DNA from: a virus
Lineage: Duplodnaviria > Caudoviricetes
IMG/VR virus record: IMGVR_UViG_3300021431_000079
Location: 64,001-128,000 of that record
DNA: 64,000 bases
Strand: one strand, 5' to 3'
The notes beneath the pieces were generated by a model, which ran no database searches, was not told the origin of the DNA, and saw nothing but the letters and a program-made list of their open reading frames with translations. The translations under genes and the position numbers were made by a program. This document shows, piece after piece, positions 1 through 10,463 of the stretch (its first letter is position 1; the number at the start of each line of letters is the position of its first letter).

Positions 1-1223
1 ATAAGCTCAGAGAGAAGTATTACGAGAGTGGTGGATATGACACACTTGAAAAGGCAATGGCAGAAATAAGCCTTGAAAACTTTGATGGATATGTAGAAGA
101 ATTAAGAAAATGGAATGGTGTTATAAAGCTTGCCAAGAGTGGATTTGGTGTAGGAGATAACATCTCAAAATACTGTGATATGACTTCTGATCAGATCTAT
201 GATGAGTGGGAAGCTTATCTAAACGGAATTTATGCCAACATAGACAGAGAAGCAAAGACATATGATATCGCCTTTGATCTTGACAAGTTAATTGATGATC
301 TTGATGCAGGAGTAGCACTTGGTTTACCATACCATGACATGGATATGCTTACGGCTGAAACTGGTGGACAGTATTTAGGTTCAATTACACTTGTAATGGG
401 ATTGAGTAACGTTGGTAAATCTACATTTGCCAGAAATGCTTGTATTCCGTCAGCCTTAAAAGAGGGTAAAAAGATTGTTGCCATGATCAATGAGGATAAC
501 TTGATTAAATGGCAACGAGAATTACTGATATATGTTGCAAACAATATTTTGAAGAAGGATCTTCAGAAGCATGTATTAAGAAACGGAAATTACACTGAAG
601 AGGTTCGTAATATTCTTGAAGAGTCTAAGCAATGGATTCAAGAGAACACAAAAAATCATATGATCACAGTTATTCCGTTTCTTCAGTATAAAACAAAGAA
701 CGTTATTAAGACAATTAAAAGATTCGCCGCTCTTGGTGTTGAATATTTCATATTAGATACCTTCAAACTTGATGCAGGAGAATCAGTTGAATCATCATGG
801 TTGCAGATGCAACAGCACATGGTGGAGATAAATGATACAATAAAACCAGAAGCAAAGAATGTCCATATTCTGATAACAGCACAGTTAAGTAAGGGGTCTG
901 TTCATCAGAGGTATTACACACAGGACTCAACTGGTCTTGCTAAGAACATAATAGATGTGGCAAGTACAGCTATTATGATCAGAGACCTATATGAAGATGA
1001 ATATCCGGGTGAGAAAAGAGAGTTAACAGTATACAGAAGAGAAGGTAAGAATGGCAAAACAAAAATCGCAGTGAACTTAGATAAAGATAAGCACTATCAA
1101 ATCTTGTTTATCACGAAAAACAGAGAGGGTACAGCAAACCGCTACCAGATCGTAATAGAACATGATATGAGCAGGAATATAATTAAAGAGATTGGGACAT
1201 GCAATGTTTTACCAGATTTTTAA
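1..1223 (+). CDS. dnaB: Replicative DNA helicase, DnaB-like (5' truncated by window edge)
   Basis: Walker A GLSNVGKS, Walker B FILD, AQL and KNR motifs; frame is open upstream of the ATG at 57; adjacent to primase. Confidence 0.85.
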   Translation, partial: KLREKYYESGGYDTLEKAMAEISLENFDGYVEELRKWNGVIKLAKSGFGVGDNISKYCDMTSDQIYDEWEAYLNGIYANIDREAKTYDIAFDLDKLIDDLDAGVALGLPYHDMDMLTAETGGQYLGSITLVMGLSNVGKSTFARNACIPSALKEGKKIVAMINEDNLIKWQRELLIYVANNILKKDLQKHVLRNGNYTEEVRNILEESKQWIQENTKNHMITVIPFLQYKTKNVIKTIKRFAALGVEYFILDTFKLDAGESVESSWLQMQQHMVEINDTIKPEAKNVHILITAQLSKGSVHQRYYTQDSTGLAKNIIDVASTAIMIRDLYEDEYPGEKRELTVYRREGKNGKTKIAVNLDKDKHYQILFITKNREGTANRYQIVIEHDMSRNIIKEIGTCNVLPDF

Positions 1224-1232
1224 AGAGGTAAT

Positions 1233-2348
1233 ATGATGACAGTCAATGAGTTGAAAGAATATATTTATGATAAAGATAAAATATATAAGATACTTGACTC
1301 TGTTGGTTGCCATCATATTATTTTTCACAACAATAATAACAAGGCTTATTATACTTGCGCTAATCCAGATGGAGATAATACATCGGCAATTACTGTCAAG
1401 ATGAATCATGGTTTATCTGTTAAGGATTATACAAGAGAGAAAGAATTTCCAGAAGCTTCAGATATATTTACACTGGTTTCCTATTGTTTGAAGCTCAAGA
1501 AGCAGAAAAACGACTTTTACCACACAATAAAATATATACATGAACTTTTTGGGCTAAATTTTTCAATCAAAGATAAGCCAAACAAACAGGATAAACTCAA
1601 GGATGAGAAACAAGATCCATTATATTGGTTCAAGAAGGTTCGCAAGAAAAGAGCGATCTGTATAGCCAATGATATTGAAGTAAAAGAGATAGAAAACACG
1701 GAAGAATATGCTCCATATCCGCATATTAGCTTTGTGAGAGAAGGGATTATGCCGTGGACATGGAAAAAGTTCGGACTGGGCTATTCATATCAAAGAAAAA
1801 GAACAGTTATCCCTTTAAGATATTGGTTGACTGGGGAGCTTATAGGCTATAACATGAGAACCTCAGTTGAACATGCAGATTTGTTAGGAATTAAAAAATA
1901 TTGGATAACACCAAACTATCCGAAGTCAATAAACCTTTTTGGCTTGTATGAGAACATGGAAGCCATACAGAAAGCAAAATATGTTGTTGTCTATGAGGCT
2001 GAAAAGTCAGTATTGAAAAGAGATTCGCTTGGTGATTCAACAGGAGTCGCTGTTCAAGGGCATTCGTTATCACTTGAACAGATAAAAATACTGATTGGAC
2101 TAAACGTAGAGATAATTATTGCGTTTGATAATGATATAGACAGAGATTATTTAAGATATTGTTGCAGTAAATTCTATCTCATCAGAAGAGTATCGTATAT
2201 TTATGATACGCATGGATTGTTAGGAGAAAAAGATGCACCAGTTGACTGTGGAGATAGGATTTTTCAACAACTACTCTCTGAAAGAGTAAAATATGATGCG
2301 GCAGAACACGCCGCTTATCTAAAAAGTGTAAAGGTGGAGAAGGAATGA
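1233..2348 (+). CDS. DNA primase (TOPRIM, phage DnaG-like)
   Basis: N-terminal C..PDGDN segment, VYEAEKS and IAFDND TOPRIM motifs, GEKDAP; follows helicase. Confidence 0.8.
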   Translation: MMTVNELKEYIYDKDKIYKILDSVGCHHIIFHNNNNKAYYTCANPDGDNTSAITVKMNHGLSVKDYTREKEFPEASDIFTLVSYCLKLKKQKNDFYHTIKYIHELFGLNFSIKDKPNKQDKLKDEKQDPLYWFKKVRKKRAICIANDIEVKEIENTEEYAPYPHISFVREGIMPWTWKKFGLGYSYQRKRTVIPLRYWLTGELIGYNMRTSVEHADLLGIKKYWITPNYPKSINLFGLYENMEAIQKAKYVVVYEAEKSVLKRDSLGDSTGVAVQGHSLSLEQIKILIGLNVEIIIAFDNDIDRDYLRYCCSKFYLIRRVSYIYDTHGLLGEKDAPVDCGDRIFQQLLSERVKYDAAEHAAYLKSVKVEKE

Positions 2349-3622
2349 GGTTAACATCTAATGAACTTGAGAAAATTAAAGAAAAATACGGTGTAGATAC
2401 GCTTTGGAGTTGGTCAAGGCTTGAAAAAGCAAGGAATTATCTGTATGAGTTTTATCTTACATACATAGCAAAGAAAAGAGAGGATAGAACGGACTGTGTT
2501 TATGGTGTAATGGGAGGATTATGCCACGAGATACTTGAAAAACTGTATAACAATGAGCTTCCATATGAAGATATGGAGTCTTATTTTGAAACTAACTGGA
2601 CAGCACTGATTGACGTTGCCGATTTGAAATTTGATAGGAATGATTCTGAGAAAAATAGAAGTATAGCGACTAAATACAAGGAAAATCTCGCACATTTCTT
2701 TAAAAATCATAATAAGATAAGCGAAAAAATAGCCACAGAGCGTTTTGTTGTTACTAAATTTGCTGATGATATTGTTTTTCAGGGATATATTGATGCCATC
2801 CGTGTAAATAAGAATGGCTCTTATGATATTTTGGACTTCAAAACGAGCACAAAATACTCTGGTTCTGCTCAAAAAGAGAAGTGTGGACAGCTTGTGTGCT
2901 ATGCACTGGGTCTTAGCCAGATGAAGAACATTCCTGTTAAGACAATAAACATTGGATGGAACTTTTTGAAATATGTGACGGTCAATTGTACTCAGGCTAA
3001 TGGTACTATTAAGAGAAGAGATATTGAAAGGCGAGAGATTGGCAAGAGTCTTGCCACTTCTGCAAAAATGTGGCTTAAAAAGCTTGGCTACGAGGATGGA
3101 ATTGACGATTATCTGAGCAGAATGGAGCTTGAAAATTCTATTGATTGTCTCCCGGATGATGTGAAGGAAAAATTTAGCATTTCTGATTGCTATGTTTATG
3201 TAGAGATCACAGATGAGCTGATAGATTACTGGAAGAATATTGTGATCGAAACAGTTCATGACATTGAGGATAAGATTAAAAGATATGAGACTGTAAAAGT
3301 AGTAAATCCTGATGAAGCGGATAAGATTTTCTATGATTCTCCTGAAGCCATTGAGAAAGAGAGCTATTATTATGCAACATTGTCTGGTTATTCCGCAAAC
3401 TTAAATATCCCATACAAGATGTATCTGGAAAAACTTGAGGCAAAAAAGAATGGAGTAATTGATTTTGGCAATCTGGGATCAGATTTATCATTGGATAATC
3501 TGTTTGGTGATTTTCAGCAGTCTCAGGAAGATGTAACTGATAATAATGTCAGCGTTAAATCTGATTCTGAAAATGTAAAAGAAGCGGATGTTGAGGACAT
3601 TGATTTGAGTTGGTTAGAGTAA
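2345..3622 (+). CDS. PD-(D/E)XK nuclease (RecB/AddB-like exonuclease) with acidic C-terminal tail
   Basis: SWSRL, G..CHEILE, GYIDAI...ILDFKTS and QLVCY motifs. Confidence 0.8.
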   Translation: MRLTSNELEKIKEKYGVDTLWSWSRLEKARNYLYEFYLTYIAKKREDRTDCVYGVMGGLCHEILEKLYNNELPYEDMESYFETNWTALIDVADLKFDRNDSEKNRSIATKYKENLAHFFKNHNKISEKIATERFVVTKFADDIVFQGYIDAIRVNKNGSYDILDFKTSTKYSGSAQKEKCGQLVCYALGLSQMKNIPVKTINIGWNFLKYVTVNCTQANGTIKRRDIERREIGKSLATSAKMWLKKLGYEDGIDDYLSRMELENSIDCLPDDVKEKFSISDCYVYVEITDELIDYWKNIVIETVHDIEDKIKRYETVKVVNPDEADKIFYDSPEAIEKESYYYATLSGYSANLNIPYKMYLEKLEAKKNGVIDFGNLGSDLSLDNLFGDFQQSQEDVTDNNVSVKSDSENVKEADVEDIDLSWLE

Positions 3623-3637
3623 AGTGGAGTTGGATAA

Positions 3638-6600
3638 ATGAAAAATTATGTTGTTTATCATCTACATACAGAGGATTCGTTGTTAGATAGTTGTACCAAC
3701 TATAAACTGTATGTAGATAAAGCGGCAGAACTTGGACAGAAAGCTATTGGTTTTTCTGAACATGGCAATATTTTTCGTTGGACAGAGAAAAAAGCGTATG
3801 TAGAATCTAAGGGATTGAAATATCTTCATGAATGCGAGGTTTATCTTACAGAAAAGCTTTGGCCAAAAACGAGAGACAACTACCACACGATCTTAGTTGC
3901 AAAGAATTATGATGGTATGAAAGAAATGAATCTTCTTATTGGACATGCTACAAACAGAGACCATATATATTATAAACCTCGCATTACATTTGATGAATTC
4001 TTTAAGATTTCAGATAATGTGATCAAGATTTCTGCTTGTTTGGCATCGCCACTATCTCAGTATCCTAAATCGTTTGATGGATTATATGATGAAATTAATA
4101 ATTTACAACAGGAAAAGATAAATCATATAAGAGAAGTGGCTGTAAATTCATCAGAAGATAATTACAATCAATATCTTGAATCTTATAATGCTGAAAAAAC
4201 CAAAGAGACTATTCTTCCACTACCATATGAAATCTGGATTGAGAATCAGAAGAAGATAATGACGGATGTTCAGACCGAATATGATAATAAGATTAAGAAT
4301 ATACAGAAGAGAATTGATGAGGCAAAAGAAACGTATCATAGGCTGTTGGCTACATATGACTATTATGAGATTCAGCCGCATGTTAATTCATCAGATCAGA
4401 TAAAGTATAACAGATTTCTTTATGAGGCTTCGAAACGATATAATAAACCTCTGATAGCTGGAACTGATACACATAGTCTTGATAAGTATAAAGCAGAGTG
4501 CAGAAGCATATTACAGAAAGCAAAGAAAATCGAATACACCGATGAAGATTCGCTTGATTTAACCTATAAATCATATAGTGAACTTGTTAAGATGTTTGAG
4601 TTACAGAATTCTATCCCAATGACTGTAGCTTTGGAGGCTATAGAAAATACAAACAGGATGGCAAATTCTGTTGATGAGTTTATCGTTGATAGCACTGTCA
4701 AATATCCAAAGCTTTATGATAACGAAGAGGTGGTCTTAAAAGAAAAGATTGTTGAAGGGTTAAAATACAAGCTTCAGCATGGCATAATTGATAAAAGAGA
4801 TCTGCCAAAATACAAGGCGAATATTGCTGAGGAGCTTAGGGTTTTCAAGAAGATTAACATGATAGGCTTTATGCTGTTTATGTCTGAACTGACGAAGTGG
4901 TGTTGGGAAAATGGTATTCCAATTGGATTTTGTCGTGGTTCTGTAGGTGGTTCTACAGTAGCATATATTATAGACATAATTGATGTTGATCCTGTGAAGT
5001 GGAATACAGTGTTTTCAAGGTTTGCAAACGAGGATCGTAAAGAGGTAGGAGATATTGACATTGATATTTCTCCTGATCAGAGAGACGCAGTATATGAACA
5101 CATCTTTGACAAGTTCGGATATGATAAAGCCGCATATATTTTAGCATTGGGTACTGTATCTGATAAAGGTACAATAGATGAGATCGGAAGAGCATTATCA
5201 ATTCCGCTGAATGAGGTAGCCGAAATTAAAAGTCGTTACTCAATGATAAAAGATGAGCTTGATTCTCTTTATGACAGCCTGAAGAATGCACAAGAAAACA
5301 ACAATGAAAAACTATGTGCGTCTATTCAGGAGAAGATAGATAAAGCAAATAAGGATATGAAAAAGCTGAGAACAGAAGATTATCCGAATTTGTTTTACTA
5401 CTTTGATGGAATCAATGGCACTGTGGTTTCTCAAAGTATGCATCCTGCCGGAATTGTTGTCGCACCAGTAACTTTACCAGACAACTATGGTTGTTTTTGG
5501 AATAGTGATGGTAAACAGATCATGTATATTAACATGGAAGAGATTCATGATAACGTTGGACTTGTGAAATATGATTTATTAGGACTAAAATCCCTCCAAG
5601 TTTTGCGTTTAACCTGCGAATATGCAGGAATCCCATATCCAAAGTCTTATCAAATAAATTGGTATGATGATAAGGTATGGGACGATATGATAACAAGTCC
5701 TGCGGGAATATTCCAGTTTGAAAGTTCGTCAGCGTTTAGGATGTTAAAAGATTTTCATCCTCACAAAATCAATGATATGTCTATTGTGAATGCCGCACTT
5801 AGACCATCTGGGGCAAGCTACAGAGATCGTTTGTTGTCTGGTGAGATAAATAAAAATCCGTCACCAATGATTGATGAACTTCTTAAGGCTAATAATGGCT
5901 ATCTTGTATTTCAGGAAGATGTAATTAAATTCCTGCAAGAGATATGCGGAATGAGCGGGTCAGAGGCTGACAACCTCAGACGAGCTATTGGAAGAAAAAG
6001 AGTTGACATACTTGAAAAAGCTTTGCCCGATATACTTGATGGATACTGCAAGATGTCCTCTCAGCCAAGGAGTGTCGCAGAAGAAGAGGCAAAAAGCTTT
6101 TTGAAGATTATTGAGGATGCATCATCATACATGTTCGGATTTAATCATTCGCAGGGCTACTCTATGATAGGTTATCTTTGTGCATATTTACGATACTATT
6201 ATCCAGAAGAGTTCATTGCGGCATATCTGAATTGCGCGAATAACGCCGATGATATTGTATTCGGAACTAACCTTGCAAAGCTTAAGAACATTACAATTAA
6301 TTCAATTAAATACGGAAAATCAATTGCCGATTATTCCGTGGATAAACCCAACCATGCAATCTATAAGGGTATAGAGTCTATTAAATACTGTAATGCTCAG
6401 ATTGCAGATGAATTAATGACCCTTTCAAAAGAGAATCAGTATGATAACTACATTGATCTGCTAATAGATATTAAGGATAAAACATCTGTAAACTCACGAC
6501 AGCTTGAGATTTTAACTGGACTTAATTTCTTTTCTGACTTTGGTGGCAATGCTTATCTGTTACAAGTTATCGACTTATTTGATAAGTTTTATAACATCAA

Positions 6601-7093
6601 ACAAGTGAAAAAGGATAAAATGTCTGAACTTGGTTTGGATGAATATATAATGCAAAAGGTTTCTGGAAAAGAAACAGCGAAGCTCTATAAGGATATTAAC
6701 TGGATTGAGATAGTAAAGATGCTGTCTGCGAAACTTGAGGATAAAAGCTTTGGAGTAGTATCACAAATGCAATTCGAAAAAGAATACCTTGAGTATGTGG
6801 ATTACATTTATCCCAAAGCACCAGAGGATATCTATGTGATCATTGATTATGTTGAGTTAAAAGACACAACAAAACCAAGGTTCACGGCAAGAAGAATCAG
6901 CGATGGCGAAGAGATGAAGACCAGAATCAAACAATCTAAGGTTTATAAGAAGAATCCGTTTGGGCTGTGGTCTGTTCTTAGGATTCCAGAATTTAGCTTG
7001 GAGTTTAAAAAGAAACCAAACGCTAATGGCGAATGGGTTGTAACAAATGAAATGGAATTGATTTTAAATCAATATGAGGTACTTAGAAGATGA
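3638..7093 (+). CDS. dnaE: DNA polymerase III alpha subunit
   Basis: PHP domain (HLHTEDSLLD, EHG, TDTH), RGSVGGS, catalytic DIDID, SMHPAG, KYDLLGL, FQFES, FGFNHSQ. Confidence 0.95.
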   Translation: MKNYVVYHLHTEDSLLDSCTNYKLYVDKAAELGQKAIGFSEHGNIFRWTEKKAYVESKGLKYLHECEVYLTEKLWPKTRDNYHTILVAKNYDGMKEMNLLIGHATNRDHIYYKPRITFDEFFKISDNVIKISACLASPLSQYPKSFDGLYDEINNLQQEKINHIREVAVNSSEDNYNQYLESYNAEKTKETILPLPYEIWIENQKKIMTDVQTEYDNKIKNIQKRIDEAKETYHRLLATYDYYEIQPHVNSSDQIKYNRFLYEASKRYNKPLIAGTDTHSLDKYKAECRSILQKAKKIEYTDEDSLDLTYKSYSELVKMFELQNSIPMTVALEAIENTNRMANSVDEFIVDSTVKYPKLYDNEEVVLKEKIVEGLKYKLQHGIIDKRDLPKYKANIAEELRVFKKINMIGFMLFMSELTKWCWENGIPIGFCRGSVGGSTVAYIIDIIDVDPVKWNTVFSRFANEDRKEVGDIDIDISPDQRDAVYEHIFDKFGYDKAAYILALGTVSDKGTIDEIGRALSIPLNEVAEIKSRYSMIKDELDSLYDSLKNAQENNNEKLCASIQEKIDKANKDMKKLRTEDYPNLFYYFDGINGTVVSQSMHPAGIVVAPVTLPDNYGCFWNSDGKQIMYINMEEIHDNVGLVKYDLLGLKSLQVLRLTCEYAGIPYPKSYQINWYDDKVWDDMITSPAGIFQFESSSAFRMLKDFHPHKINDMSIVNAALRPSGASYRDRLLSGEINKNPSPMIDELLKANNGYLVFQEDVIKFLQEICGMSGSEADNLRRAIGRKRVDILEKALPDILDGYCKMSSQPRSVAEEEAKSFLKIIEDASSYMFGFNHSQGYSMIGYLCAYLRYYYPEEFIAAYLNCANNADDIVFGTNLAKLKNITINSIKYGKSIADYSVDKPNHAIYKGIESIKYCNAQIADELMTLSKENQYDNYIDLLIDIKDKTSVNSRQLEILTGLNFFSDFGGNAYLLQVIDLFDKFYNIKQVKKDKMSELGLDEYIMQKVSGKETAKLYKDINWIEIVKMLSAKLEDKSFGVVSQMQFEKEYLEYVDYIYPKAPEDIYVIIDYVELKDTTKPRFTARRISDGEEMKTRIKQSKVYKKNPFGLWSVLRIPEFSLEFKKKPNANGEWVVTNEMELILNQYEVLRR

Positions 7094-9345
7094 GCACTAC
7101 ACAAAATGCCAATACTGGAACAATAACTTTTCAGGCCACGCTGAACAGGAAGATGTTTGAAAAACAATATGATGGTGAGCGATGGTGGCGAGTATATCTT
7201 ATGAATGCGTCCAAAAATTTAATTCCTGATGATGGTATCAATTACAGTGTCGTAAAGATATTTGGATATATCCCAGAATTAAATTATGACGAGAAATATA
7301 CCATCATAGCTCAACCAGAAGAAAACAGTAAGTACGGAATTTCCTATAGGGTGTTTCATATTGGACAGGAGTATAACGGCAATTATTCATCTAAAGATGT
7401 AGCTATATTTCTCAATTCTGTTATTCCATCCTATGCGGTAACGTTGCTGTCAGCATATCCAGATATATTAGATAGGATTGTACGTGACGAACCAATTGAT
7501 TACTCAAAAACTCGTGGCATAAAAGAAAAAGCGTATGAGAAAATAAAGAAAAGAGTGCTGAGCAATCTTAGAGAGATGGATTTTATTGTGGCGTTTGGAG
7601 ATATTATGTCAGCGTCACTCATTGCACGTATATATGAATTATATCCGTCTGTTGATGAGGCTAAGACTGCATTGGCAAATGATCCATATAAGTTCTTCTG
7701 CTCCGTTCAGCGTATTGGTTTTATAAAAGCTGATAAGCTGATTAAACAAATAGCAAGAATTGATAACAACCAGTATGGAATAAGTCGTGACATAATCAAC
7801 AGTGGGAGCAGGTGCTTATCTTGCATGAGATACCTACTGGAAAAGGCTCGTGATGGGGGTAACACTTATATTGAAGTTAAGGACTTGAGACAGGAAGTAG
7901 CAGAACTATGTCCAGAATGTGTTGATAAGTTCAATACGTGTATTTCGGATGATTCGTTATATTTTAATCCTAAAATGATGGCTGTATCTCTGCAAGAAGT
8001 GTTTGATATAGAGAAGGGTATCGCTGATATTATTCTGGATGTAATAAAGAAGCCCTTTTTCTATAATAAAATTGACCTCTCACTCTATAAAAATATAGAT
8101 GGTGTTGAATTAACTGATGAGCAGATACAATTTTTAGATATGGTTACTAAAAACAATATCAGCATTCTTAATGGATGTGCAGGAACAGGAAAGTCATTCA
8201 CAATAAAGGCATTAATTAAAATGCTGAATGACAACAATCTGAGCTATTTTCTTTTAGCTCCGACTGGTAAAGCCGCAAAAGTTATAACGGATTATACTAA
8301 TGATGAGGCAATGACAATACACAGGTGGTTGGCAATTCGTGAAAGATATGATTCTATACTGAATTATGCTGATGTAATAATCGTTGACGAATTCTCAATG
8401 GTTGATATTATAATTTGTTACCGTTTATTAAAACAAATTGACTTTAGCAGAACAAAGCTTGTGATCATAGGAGATAACGCACAGCTTCTGTCCGTATCAT
8501 GTGGCAACCTGCTTCATGAGTTTATCAATACAAATATAATTCCAAGGGTATCACTTTCAAAAGTGTTTCGCTATGCTGATGGTGGACTAATGATGGTGGC
8601 TACTGATGTGAGAAACGGAAAAGATTTCTTTGGATCAGCAAAAGAACCTATTTTGATTTATGGTAATGATTATAGGTTTATAAAAACATCAAAAGATAAC
8701 ATCGTGAATAATGCTGTCGCTTTATATAAAAAGCTGATCGGATCAGGTGTAAAGCCTTATGATATCGAGTTGTTATCTGCACAAAAAGTGGGTGATTGCG
8801 GTACTGAGGCAATTAATAGTAGGCTTCAGCAGGAGATAAACCCATATTATAATACAGAGCATGGAATTAAAATCTTTGAACACGAATACTATATTAGCGA
8901 TATAGTTATACAAACAGTAAATAATTATCGTGTCAGAACAGTGAAATATAATAATGAAGAAAACCAGTATTACATTGATCAGGAAGATATGTTTATAGCA
9001 AATGGAGAGATCGGAGAGATTGTAGACATTAGAGATAGACATGTTTATATTAAGTTCAATGATGAAATAGCAGAGTATACTGAGGGTGATATGCGAGATG
9101 TGCAACTGGGATATGCGATTACCGTCCATAAATCACAGGGATCATCTGCTAAGTATGTTATTTTTATTTCGCCAGAAAGTCATACATTTATGCTGTCTTC
9201 CAATCTTATTTATGTTGCGCTGACAAGAACAATTAAAACGTGTTTTCATTTTGGTGATGAAAGGGCGGTTAAGAGAGCGATTAAAAAAGTTGAGAACATT
9301 AAGAGACAAACATTTATGCATGATTTATTGTTAGGAACGATCTGA
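7090..9345 (+). CDS. recD2: ATP-dependent RecD2-like SF1B helicase
   Basis: GCAGTGKS, APTGKAA, DEFSM, GDNAQL, YAITVHKSQGS, YVALTR. Confidence 0.9.
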   Translation: MSTTQNANTGTITFQATLNRKMFEKQYDGERWWRVYLMNASKNLIPDDGINYSVVKIFGYIPELNYDEKYTIIAQPEENSKYGISYRVFHIGQEYNGNYSSKDVAIFLNSVIPSYAVTLLSAYPDILDRIVRDEPIDYSKTRGIKEKAYEKIKKRVLSNLREMDFIVAFGDIMSASLIARIYELYPSVDEAKTALANDPYKFFCSVQRIGFIKADKLIKQIARIDNNQYGISRDIINSGSRCLSCMRYLLEKARDGGNTYIEVKDLRQEVAELCPECVDKFNTCISDDSLYFNPKMMAVSLQEVFDIEKGIADIILDVIKKPFFYNKIDLSLYKNIDGVELTDEQIQFLDMVTKNNISILNGCAGTGKSFTIKALIKMLNDNNLSYFLLAPTGKAAKVITDYTNDEAMTIHRWLAIRERYDSILNYADVIIVDEFSMVDIIICYRLLKQIDFSRTKLVIIGDNAQLLSVSCGNLLHEFINTNIIPRVSLSKVFRYADGGLMMVATDVRNGKDFFGSAKEPILIYGNDYRFIKTSKDNIVNNAVALYKKLIGSGVKPYDIELLSAQKVGDCGTEAINSRLQQEINPYYNTEHGIKIFEHEYYISDIVIQTVNNYRVRTVKYNNEENQYYIDQEDMFIANGEIGEIVDIRDRHVYIKFNDEIAEYTEGDMRDVQLGYAITVHKSQGSSAKYVIFISPESHTFMLSSNLIYVALTRTIKTCFHFGDERAVKRAIKKVENIKRQTFMHDLLLGTI

Positions 9346-9385
9346 AAAAGTTGAAAAAAATATTGAAAAAAATATTAAATAATAC

Positions 9386-9414
9386 TTGACAGGTTCACAA
9401 TTATATGCTAATAT
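9386..9414 (+). promoter_or_regulatory. Sigma-A promoter driving the tRNA/ncRNA island
   Basis: TTGACA-17 bp-TAATAT with extended -10 TG and upstream A-tracts. Confidence 0.8.
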
Positions 9415-9531
9415 ATACCATGTAAGACAGAGGTGAACAAAACCTCCTGCCTCATGTAGTAATTTCCTTTCTTTTGTTTTTTTGTTTTGCTTGTTGGTGT
9501 TTGAATAAATTAAAACAAGCACCAACAATAT

Positions 9532-9605
9532 TGCGGGGTGGAGCAGTCTGGTAGCTTAACGGGTTCATGTCCCGAAGGTCGCAGGTTCGAATCCTGCCCC
9601 CGCGA
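9532..9605 (+). tRNA. tRNA-Met(CAT), initiator type
   Basis: GCGGGGTGGAGCAG start, three G-C pairs in the anticodon stem, loop TTCATGT, T-arm GCAGG-TTCGAAT-CCTGC; no encoded CCA. Confidence 0.9.
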
Positions 9606-9829
9606 CTCGGTATAGCAAACGATGTTGCGATCTTTGCAGATACCGACTCATGAGTAGGTCTTGCCGGAGACCGTTAATGCGTAGCGTGTACGCAAGCACT
9701 GTCTACGCTCCGGCGCTGTCTATCTTGGTGAATATGCGACTTCAACTCCTCAATTATTTACCAGACAATTAAGGCGGCATCTATTTATAGATGTCGAGAA
9801 ATGGTGATCCCGTCAATCATCAAAAGATA

Positions 9830-9932
9830 TAAACGCTTACAGCAATCATTTTTTTGTAGTCAAATGGTTAGACAATACTCTTGAAAAGTATCATATGTTG
9901 GTTCAAATCCAACCAAAAGAAAAAGCGTTTAG
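9830..9932 (+). ncRNA. ACAGCAA stem element copy 1, enclosing a tRNA-like cloverleaf (anticodon TGA)
   Basis: TAAACGC/GCGTTTA stem + ACAGCAA; internal cloverleaf 9850-9920 with D-arm, ATACT-CTTGAAA-AGTAT, GTTGG-TTCAAAT-CCAAC. Confidence 0.7.
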
Positions 9933-9937
9933 AAATA

Positions 9938-9995
9938 AAGGCACACACAGCAAATATGTAAAAGTATTATTTGGGAATACATTTATTGTGCCTTG
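9938..9995 (+). ncRNA. ACAGCAA stem element copy 2
   Basis: AAGGCAC-AC-ACAGCAA...GTGCCTT-G; internal GTATT-ATTTGGG-AATAC hairpin. Confidence 0.7.
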
Positions 9996-9999
9996 TTAA

Positions 10000-10088
10000 G
10001 CAATCTTACTCAAGTGGTTGAAGAGAGTAGTCCTGAAAACTACGAGACGGTTAACAGCCGTGCGAAGGTTCGAATCCTTCAGATTGCG
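10000..10088 (+). tRNA. tRNA-Ser(TGA)
   Basis: Acceptor GCAATCT/AGATTGC, GTAGT-CCTGAAA-ACTAC, long variable arm, G73; atypical C33. Confidence 0.85.
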
Positions 10089-10105
10089 CGAGGCTGTGTC
10101 GCTTT

Positions 10106-10253
10106 AGTGCGGTGGCGGAATAGGTATACGCTTAGTGTTAGGGTGCTTCTCCAGAAGATAACAGCGAACGCTTCAAAAAGTGACTAAGAGAAATAAGCAA
10201 ACCCGATCAACTTGTTTGTTTGTCATGCAGGGTGTAAATCCCTGCCCGCACTA
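10106..10253 (+). ncRNA. Expanded tRNA-like RNA (Leu-type D-arm, large insert replacing the anticodon loop)
   Basis: AGTGCGG/CCGCACT acceptor, GCG-GAATAGGTATA-CGC D-arm, 6-bp T-stem with TGTAAAT loop; paralog at 34545. Confidence 0.65.
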
Positions 10254-10382
10254 TTTGAAATGAAATATATCGAGGCCATGAACAGTTCACAGTGATGCGG
10301 TGTGAAGCTATTACCGAAAGGGGTGGAGTAACCTCATGGAGAGGAGACATCGTTGAACGATCTTTGGATGGATGGTCATTAT

Positions 10383-10454
10383 GGGAGCGTAGCTCAGTTG
10401 GGAGAGCGTTTGACTTGCAATCAGGAAGATTGGGTTCGAATCCCACCGTGTCCA
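10383..10454 (+). tRNA. tRNA-Ala(TGC)
   Basis: G3-U70 pair, loop CTTGCAA, TTCGAAT T-loop; one acceptor mismatch and an imperfect T-stem. Confidence 0.75.
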
Positions 10455-10463
10455 CTTTATTAT

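Noticed and set aside
3638-7093. Intein or intron in dnaE (also checked nrdD)
   Set aside because: No C/S...HN-C/S/T splice motifs or LAGLIDADG blocks, and the frames are continuous.
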